Assembly (NCBI RefSeq): GCF_006345805.1
Contig: NC_043026.1
Location: forward strand, 434,001-498,000
Length of the DNA: 64,000 nucleotides
Reading direction: 5' to 3'
Source: Octopus sinensis
Taxonomy: Eukaryota
Positions 56,417 through 64,000 of the stretch are shown here, in pieces. Below the pieces are notes generated by a model. The model did not search any database and was not told where the DNA came from. It saw only the letters and a list, made by a program, of their open reading frames with translations. The first letter of the stretch is position 1, and every line of letters starts with the position of its first letter. Made by a program: the position numbers and the translations under genes.

Positions 56417-56729
56417 ATACAGGACCAGATACTGCAACAGCTTGGGTTTCAGAGGACCACAGCTCTTTAACATCCTCCCTAAATGCCTGAGAGACTTACA
56501 TGGTGTGGATGTGGGTTTCTTTAAAACTAAACTGGATCTCTTCTTGTTGGGAGTCCCAGATGAACCTACCTCACGACAGGAGACGCGGATGCGGGCAGCA
56601 GCATCGAAGAACTCCCTTGTTGATCAAGTGCCACGTATCAGAGGTGGATTCACAAATTAGTGTAGCTCATTCAGCGGTGGTGCACCAGCATGGCCGCGGC
56701 CTTCGGGCTAAAACATTTTTAAGGATTAA

Positions 56730-56730
<1 letters not shown>
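56417..56730 (+). mobile_element. LINE 3'-terminal fragment (related family)
   Basis: NSLGFRGPQLFNILPKCLRDLHGVDVGFFKTKLDLFLLGVPDEP...KNSLVDQ followed by a 3' UTR. Confidence 0.75.
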
Positions 56731-56764
<34 letters not shown>

Positions 56765-56766
<2 letters not shown>

Positions 56767-57166
56767 CGCAGGAGTGGCTGTGTAGTAAGTAGCTTGCTAA
56801 CCAACCACATGGTTCTGGGTTCAGTCCCACTGCGTGGCATCTTGGGCAAGTGTCTTCTGCTATAGTCCCGGCCGACCAATGCCTTGTGAGTGGATTTGGT
56901 AGACGGAAACTGAAAGAAGCCTGTCGTATAATCTATATATATATATATATATGTGTGTGTGTCTGTGTTTGTTCCCCTAGCATTGCTTGACAACCGATGC
57001 TGGTGTGTTTACGTCCCCGTCACTTAGCGGTTCGGCAAAAAGAGACCGATAGAATAAGTACTGGGCTTGCAAAAAGAATAAGTCCCGGGGTCGAGTTGCT
57101 CGACTAAAGGCGGTGCTCCAGCATGGCCGCAGTCAAATGACTGAAACAAGTAAAGGAGTAAGGAGT
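56765..57166 (+). mobile_element. Full-length tRNA-derived SINE (family A)
   Basis: GGCGCAGGAGTGGCTGTGTGGTAAG (A box)...GGTTCAGTCCC (B box), central TA/TG run, tail ending GAAACAAGTAAA(A)GAG. Many copies in the window. Confidence 0.9.
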
Positions 57167-57553
57167 ATATATATATATTATATTACAAAATTAGAGAATG
57201 GAGAAATATACTTAAATCAGTAAAACATCAACTATCCGATGATACTCAATCCATACTTTAATACACCATTACATATGAGTAAAGGTGTATTAAAGTATGG
57301 ATTGAGTATCATCGGATAGTTGATGTTTTACTGATTTAAGTATATTTCTCCATTCTCTATTTTGTAGTATTAATTTACGGTAATATTATTACCTTTATCC
57401 ATATAATGCAATAGATGAACTGATTGTTTGACAATTTTAACATCTATGTATTAATTTTGTTGGGTACCTATCTAGCAGTATATTGGATATATATTATCCC
57501 ATGGTGGGTTGAATTTTCAACCCCTATCTCATTTTATAACCTATATATATATA

Positions 57554-57584
<31 letters not shown>

Positions 57585-57591
<7 letters not shown>

Positions 57592-58092
57592 AACTGTAGT
57601 TGTGTGAGTGTCTGTCTCCTACGATTTAGATTCCTAACTCCTCCCACATTTTGCGGTGCAGTTTAACCAAATTCGGGTATCTTATAGTCGTGATTAATAT
57701 CGAGCCCGTCTGGCTATTAGCGCGCGTCTACGATGAGTCTTCGATTTTAAAAATAATTTAACATCATTTTTTATTCCATTTTAATGCATAATTTTTCGTG
57801 TGTCGATGGCGGCGGAGTTGGCGTCCATGGTCACACCTGCACCTGTGTTTGCTTCTCCCCCTTCTTCCCTCCCTCGTGAAGCTGTGGGGAAGGGAGTTTA
57901 AGGAAATCAACGTCGTAAAGCGTTGTCAAGGAGACCAGCGTTCTTTTAGAACAACAACTTCATGGCTTGAAGACACCAAAACAGAAATGGCTAAGAAAGC
58001 CCGAATTGGCATCTATAAGAGAAGTAACTCTCTAAAAATGCTTATATAGTTATTTCCCTTACAAACCCGAGCAACGCCGGCGATACTGCTAG
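57585..58092 (+). mobile_element. Non-autonomous Helitron, same family, different internal segment
   Basis: Shares the 5' ~200 bp and 3' ~70 bp (hairpin + CTAG|T) with 42429-42835. Confidence 0.7.
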
Positions 58093-58664
58093 TATTATAT
58101 ATAAATTTTTCCGTACTGTCGGATCTTACTCATAAAGTATTGAAATCTTACATGTATACCATTTTGCCTAAAAAAATGGATCTACAAATTCAATATCCCT
58201 GCATATCTCACATCTATATTCTTTTCCCCACCTCACTCTCTATTTTGTATCATATCTAAATTAACTATTACTTATTTTTCAGTTTATTTGTTCGTGTGAG
58301 TGCCGCCATATTGACCTTATGTCAGCGCTGATCTTACTGATGGTTGGGGCTTTATCGAACTTATCGATCTAAGCCTTTTCTATCACACAAACATGAATTC
58401 ATTAAAACCTGAAAGCATATCGCGTAAACAATAGTCAACATAAGTTTCAAATTTTAACACAAGGCCAGCAATTTCATGTGTGGTCGATTTTATCTATCCT
58501 CAGTTTTTAGCTGATACCTATTTTATCGACCCGGAAACAAGGAAAGGAAAAGTCGACCGCGTCGGAATTTGAACTCAAAGCACAAAGACAGACGAAATAT
58601 CGCTAAGCATTATGCCCGCCGTGCTCGCAATTTGGCCAGCTCACCACCCGAACAACAATAGTCG

Positions 58665-59040
58665 TGGAGGCGCCATGGCCCAATGGTTAGGGCAGCGGAC
58701 TCGCGGTCGGAGATCGCGGTTTCGATTCCCAGACCAGGCATTGTCTGTGTTTATTGAGCGAAAACACCTAAAGCTCCACGAGGCTCCGACAGGGGGTGGT
58801 GGCGACCCCTGTTGTACTCTTTCGCCACAACTTTCCCTCACTCTTTCTTCCTGTTTCTTGTCCCCGACTTCCTACGCAACCGCTGAGCCTGGATGCGCAT
58901 TCATCCATCCGTCGATGCTCTCGGTGTAGGGGGTTGACCTGCTTTCTCTTCTGCGGGTCTTACGAATAGCAAAGGACCACGTTTCGGACTTCTCCAATCT
59001 TGCGAGCTCTGGGACGATGACCGTTCGCTCAACAGCAGCG
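58665..59040 (+). mobile_element. SINE family C (tRNA-like head); partial copy at 35187-35375
   Basis: GGAGGCGCCATGGCCCAATGGTTAGGGCAGCGGACTCGCGGTCGGAGATCGCGGTTTCGATTCCC head; body shared with the 35187 copy. Confidence 0.75.
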
Positions 59041-59442
59041 CAACAGCAACAACAATAGTCAATATAAGAATTAATTTAACCAACCAGCCTTGTCTGGTGA
59101 TTGTCAGATAATATGGCTCGAAATTCTTAGACGTAATATTGAAAGATTGAGATAAATTAATATATCAAATATTTACTCTAACACATTGAATTCCTATACT
59201 GTTTGCATACTACACACAAACACTATTACAAATCGTTCAACACAGATACTAGCTTTTAAGCGATGAGTTAACGATGGCTTAAAACATGAGCAACATGTCC
59301 ACAAAATCCATACTCGTCGCTTCTTTTTAATCTTGTTCATTTCCAGATGACTTGCGGATATATATTTTTACATTATTCATAGGAGTTGTGTTTCCCAGCA
59401 TAAATAAAACATTTAACTGTTGTCTAGAAATAAATCTATATA

Positions 59443-59522
<80 letters not shown>

Positions 59523-59593
59523 GTGACCGCGTGTGTACCGTTGGTGATTTTTTTCCCTCTGTCTTCCCTTCTTTGGATCTTTCCTTCTCCTAT

Positions 59594-59628
59594 GTTTCCG
59601 ACGAAGAGCTCTGCTCGAAACGTTAAAT
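59594..59628 (+). ncRNA. Minimal hammerhead-like motif (U4 to C); degraded duplicate at 27771-27806
   Basis: GTTT-CCGACGA-A-GAGC(tct)GCTC-GAAA-CG-TT-AAAT. Confidence 0.45.
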
Positions 59629-59721
59629 CCTCCTTCTTTCCTTCTTTCCTGAGCGTCCAGTAATACTATATTTGTTCCACGTCCTCGCGTTGTTGTGTTT
59701 TTTGTGCTTTCTGGTTTAGAT

Positions 59722-59836
<115 letters not shown>

Positions 59837-60550
59837 ATTATTATTTGAGGGAATAAAATCTAAAACTTACAAGGAAAAAAAATTCAATTTAGAAATACTA
59901 AATCAAATTTCACACAATATAATTTATATATATAAAATTAGAAAAAAAACACCTTTTATCAATTCAAAAGGAACAATTAAATTACACCATCTAGAAAATT
60001 ACATATAATAGAAATATTTAAATTAAAATAACAGTAAATGATTAAGTAAATTGCAAAATATTAATAAAAACATATATAATTTGTATATATATATATATAT
60101 ATATATATACCGGATTAAAAACATAATGTGAAACAAGAATATATATATATATGATTATAATGGTGGTTAATAGAAGTCAATAATTTAAGCGTGGTTCATG
60201 TTATAGAAACAGTGATGGCAGTAATGATTCCATTGTTGTTGCTTGAGTTTTAACAACGGACGACAATTCGCAGCTGCTGTGGTGGTCGATTGCTGTGGCG
60301 TAATGTGGTGCTTCGTGGTGGATGTTTTGGTCTTGTTTCTTTGGATACCGCGTGTACCAGTCCTTAGAGGGAAGCAGTTGAATAGAACAAAACAACAATG
60401 ATGGCTGTGTGAAGTGGTAGGGTTAAGTCTCTGGAGTTGGTGTGCTGTTTAATAAAAGCTTTGGTTGTGACACTTGCAAAGATATCGACTCAGCCTGACG
60501 ATGAGTATGGATATGTATATATACATATATATATATATTATATGCATACG

Positions 60551-60641
<91 letters not shown>

Positions 60642-60916
60642 ATATATATATTATTATATGTATATGCATACGTATGTAGCACGCCGGGCGAAATGCTTAG
60701 CGGTATTTCGTCTGCGTTACGTTGTGAGTTCAAATTCCGCCGAGGTCGACTTTGCTTTCATCCTTTCGGGGAGGTGTGTGTGTGTGTGTGGGTGGGGTGG
60801 CATTGATCAGTTGAATTGTGAGCATTGGTGGTGGTCGACTTGGGATCGGCCGATAGCAACAACAACAACAGTTAACACTCAGAATAGCGCTTGGTGTGGA
60901 TATCCTGCGATCGATA

Positions 60917-60969
60917 TTAGTTCGATTTCATTCGAATGAATATGGCCATGGAATCAGCTGTTCCATATC
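60917..60969 (-). CDS. Gene 3, terminal coding exon
   Basis: tttcag|GA TAT...AAC TAA; (G)YGTADSMAIFIRMKSN*. Confidence 0.85.
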
Positions 60970-61016
60970 CTGAAAGTAACAACATCACCATCTTTATCAT
61001 TGTCGTCATCATCACC

Positions 61017-61050
<34 letters not shown>

Positions 61051-61068
61051 ACAACAACAACATCGTCG

Positions 61069-61104
<36 letters not shown>

Positions 61105-61727
61105 CACGTATACACACATACAGACAGAAGCATACCCCCTCCTCACAACACACACACATATCATGAACCCAGTTAGCAACATATACTAATATGACAGAGG
61201 GGGGGGAAAGGGAGAGGGAAAGACATTACATTTGTAGTATGAGGGACGAAGTACCATCCACCTTCCTCTCAGGTTCTCTTGCAGCGTGGACTTACATCTG
61301 AAAACACCCTAACCGCCTAACCCCTGGCCAAAACCTAAAGGTAAATTCCCTCTAGAACGTATGTCCACGCACGTCAGTAGAGCCCGACCACCCCGAAGCA
61401 AAGAGGTCCTACTTCGCTTTTACCTCATCCTCCACAACATATAACTAGAAGAGAGAGAGAGAGAGGGAGGGAACGAGACAGACAGACAGATAGATAGACA
61501 GAGAAGAAAATGGCTGAGTGAACGGAAGAAGCATTAAAACGAGACAAACATTAAAACGCGTCTAATGTGAAATAAATCGGCGTCGAATGAGAGACGCTGA
61601 ACAGACGGCGCCAAAATGGCCGTAGTTCCTTATGCCGCATACACAATAGACTCAGCTCAATCTAACTCACTGAAACTTCGAAACAGAAAGCCAAGATAAT
61701 AAAATAGACAGACGACGAAATACTTAC

Positions 61728-61889
61728 CGTTATACCATATGGTTTTCGACTTTGTGTGGAGTATATGATCGCAGGGAAATAGCTTGATCTTTCCCAACCA
61801 CATACATGGAATTTTTCATTAATAGACAACCAGCCGGCATCTCGGGACATGCGTTATGAAAAGCTGACACATAGAATCGGCGGATCTTT
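61728..61889 (-). CDS. Gene 3, fourth coding exon (two 1-nt deletions)
   Basis: ctacag|AAAGATC...TATAACG|gtaagt; 162 nt. Corrected read: KIRRFYVSAFHNACPGDAGWLSINEKFHVCGWERSSYFPAIIYSNTKSKTIWYN. Confidence 0.85.
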
Positions 61890-62716
61890 CTGTAGAGAGA
61901 AAAATATAAAAGGGCTGGTTTCAGATCTTTTTGCTGTTTAACCTCCTCAATGTGTATTACTTTGTCAGGAAAGGCATTTATTAATGTCAACGAAGTACAA
62001 AACTCTAATCTTCTGCTAAGTAAAATTCCCTGACTTAATATACATGTTGTAGCGCTCCAGCCATTTCGTGAAGGCCTCATGAGTAACAGTTTTATGATCT
62101 TTTTGCAGCTGTGATAAAAAATCATATTGCTCTACCTTCGGTATTCGAATACTATTTTATCCACCTTGTTTCACAATTTATGTGCTTACTTGTGCATTTA
62201 TGTATGTATGTATGTATGTATGTATGTATGTATGTATGTATGTATGTTTGTATGTATGTTTGTATGTATGTATGTATGTATGTATGTATGTATGTATGTA
62301 TGTATGTATGTTTGTATGTATGTTTGTATGTATGTAGTATGTATGTATGTATGTATGTATGTATGTATGTTATGTATGTATGTATGTATGTTTGTATGTA
62401 TGTTTGTATGTATGTATGTATGTATGTATGTATGTATGTATGTATTTGTTGGGGTTTATGTTTGAATGTGTGCACGTTTGTTCCCCACTATCGCTTGACA
62501 ACCGGTGTTGCTGTGTTTACCTTCCCGTAACTTGGATGGATGGATGGATGGATAGATAGATAGGTAGACCAGAAGACAGACAGACAGACAGATATATAGA
62601 TAGATAGATTGGTAGATAGATAGATAGATAGATATAGATAGATAGCTATAGATAGATAGCTATAGATAGATAGCTATAGATAAATAGACAGACAGAGACA
62701 GAGAGATAGATAGATG

Positions 62717-62781
<65 letters not shown>

Positions 62782-63061
62782 CGTTTATGCAAACATAATC
62801 TTTAAATAATAATCTGTATATAAAAAAGTATTCGTGCAAAGAATATAACGCAAAATTTATTTTCGATCTCGAAAATAAATTCAAAATAACTCGTGACGAA
62901 TGCTCTGTATGAGGAATTTCGGAGAAAAGGAAAAGAATTGAGAACATCCATCTTGGACTTTACTTTCATTTTTCTTTTTCTTAAGCGGCTCTGAAAGGGA
63001 TTAAATTTGAACACGGAATCTAAAGCCAATTGAGTAATATGAAGTGATAATGATGACCTAC

Positions 63062-63225
63062 ACAACGCCCGCCATTGAGAAATAATTATGGGAGCTCGTT
63101 GCCAGATCGTCCCATGGGGAACTTTTCAGGTTTTTAGCAGAGAACCAGTTTTCAAGAGTTGTATTTCGTCCATTAAACACCATTGTTACTACGGCTGTTT
63201 CCTTTTTGTATAACACAAGTTTCAC
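63062..63225 (-). CDS. Gene 3, third coding exon (upstream exons beyond the window)
   Basis: tttcag|GTGAAA...GTTGT|gtaggt, 164 nt. VKLVLYKKETAVVTMVFNGRNTTLENWFSAKNLKSSPWDDLATSSHNYFSMAGV. Confidence 0.9.
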
Positions 63226-63331
63226 CTGAAAACAACAACAAAAAAACAACTTTTTACATTGCAAGTTTTACATGCGCATGCCTGTTTGTATGTGTGTGTG
63301 CATGTGAATGTAGGTACGAGTACGTATGCGT

Positions 63332-63431
<100 letters not shown>

Positions 63432-64000
63432 ATTCAAATAAACAAAACGGATACCTGCATTACCTCTGGATATCTTTGTTGGTTATTTTGATTTTAATCA
63501 CCTTACTTTGAAATTGTATGGATAATACCGTACTAAATTCTGGTGCCTCAACCTGAGTATCATAGCTATTCTTGCTGCAATAGTGACAACATGAAATTCT
63601 TCCGTCCTCTTGCTCGGTTAAAGTATTAAGAAAAATTACATCAATATATGTTGTCTGTTAAAAATCCATATTTCTTGCAGCTGAAGATAGCGCTGTATTT
63701 AAATTGATCTAATGACTACATTTTTCAATTAAATAGAGCTGCTTGAAACGGTCGTACTGCACTACTGCTTGACATCCTGTTACTTATTTACTTATATATA
63801 TATATATATATATATAAGTAAATAAGTAACAGGATGTCAAGCAGTAGTGCTTGAGATGTGGAACACGAGTTGTGTATATAAAAAAGGAAATGAAGAAAAT
63901 GCTGACAAAATAATTTAAGTAATTTAAGTAATTTAATTAGGTGAAGTTTTTTTTACCGGTTGCGCATTTGTTATGCTTATTAAAAGTTTTTTCCTCTTAT

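Overview
AT-rich, microsatellite- and transposon-dense eukaryotic DNA. The SINE/LINE repertoire suggests an octopod cephalopod (inference). One 100-N scaffold gap lies at 916-1015. The genic content is a minus-strand tandem array of three paralogs of a spliced, secreted ~296-aa protein: signal peptide, degenerate PAN/Apple-like module, then a Trp-rich C-terminal domain that I cannot assign to a named family. Gene 1 (coding exons 11287-1088) is cut off by the gap, gene 2 (48941-30522) is complete, and gene 3 (63225-60917) shows only its last three exons. Genes 2 and 3 lie in a recent segmental duplication and differ at 13 nonsynonymous versus 1 synonymous site. Several single-base frameshifts look like long-read consensus errors. 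Other content: three tandem R4/Dong retroelements in (TAA)n; a ~24 x 190-bp satellite amplified from the catalytic core of a LINE reverse transcriptase; a Penelope-like GIY-YIG fragment with minimal hammerhead ribozyme motifs, including core variants; fold-back hairpins; a 2.5-kb inverted repeat; mariner, gypsy, Helitron and Merlin-like remnants; and many SINEs. Most long ORFs in the track are microsatellite translations.
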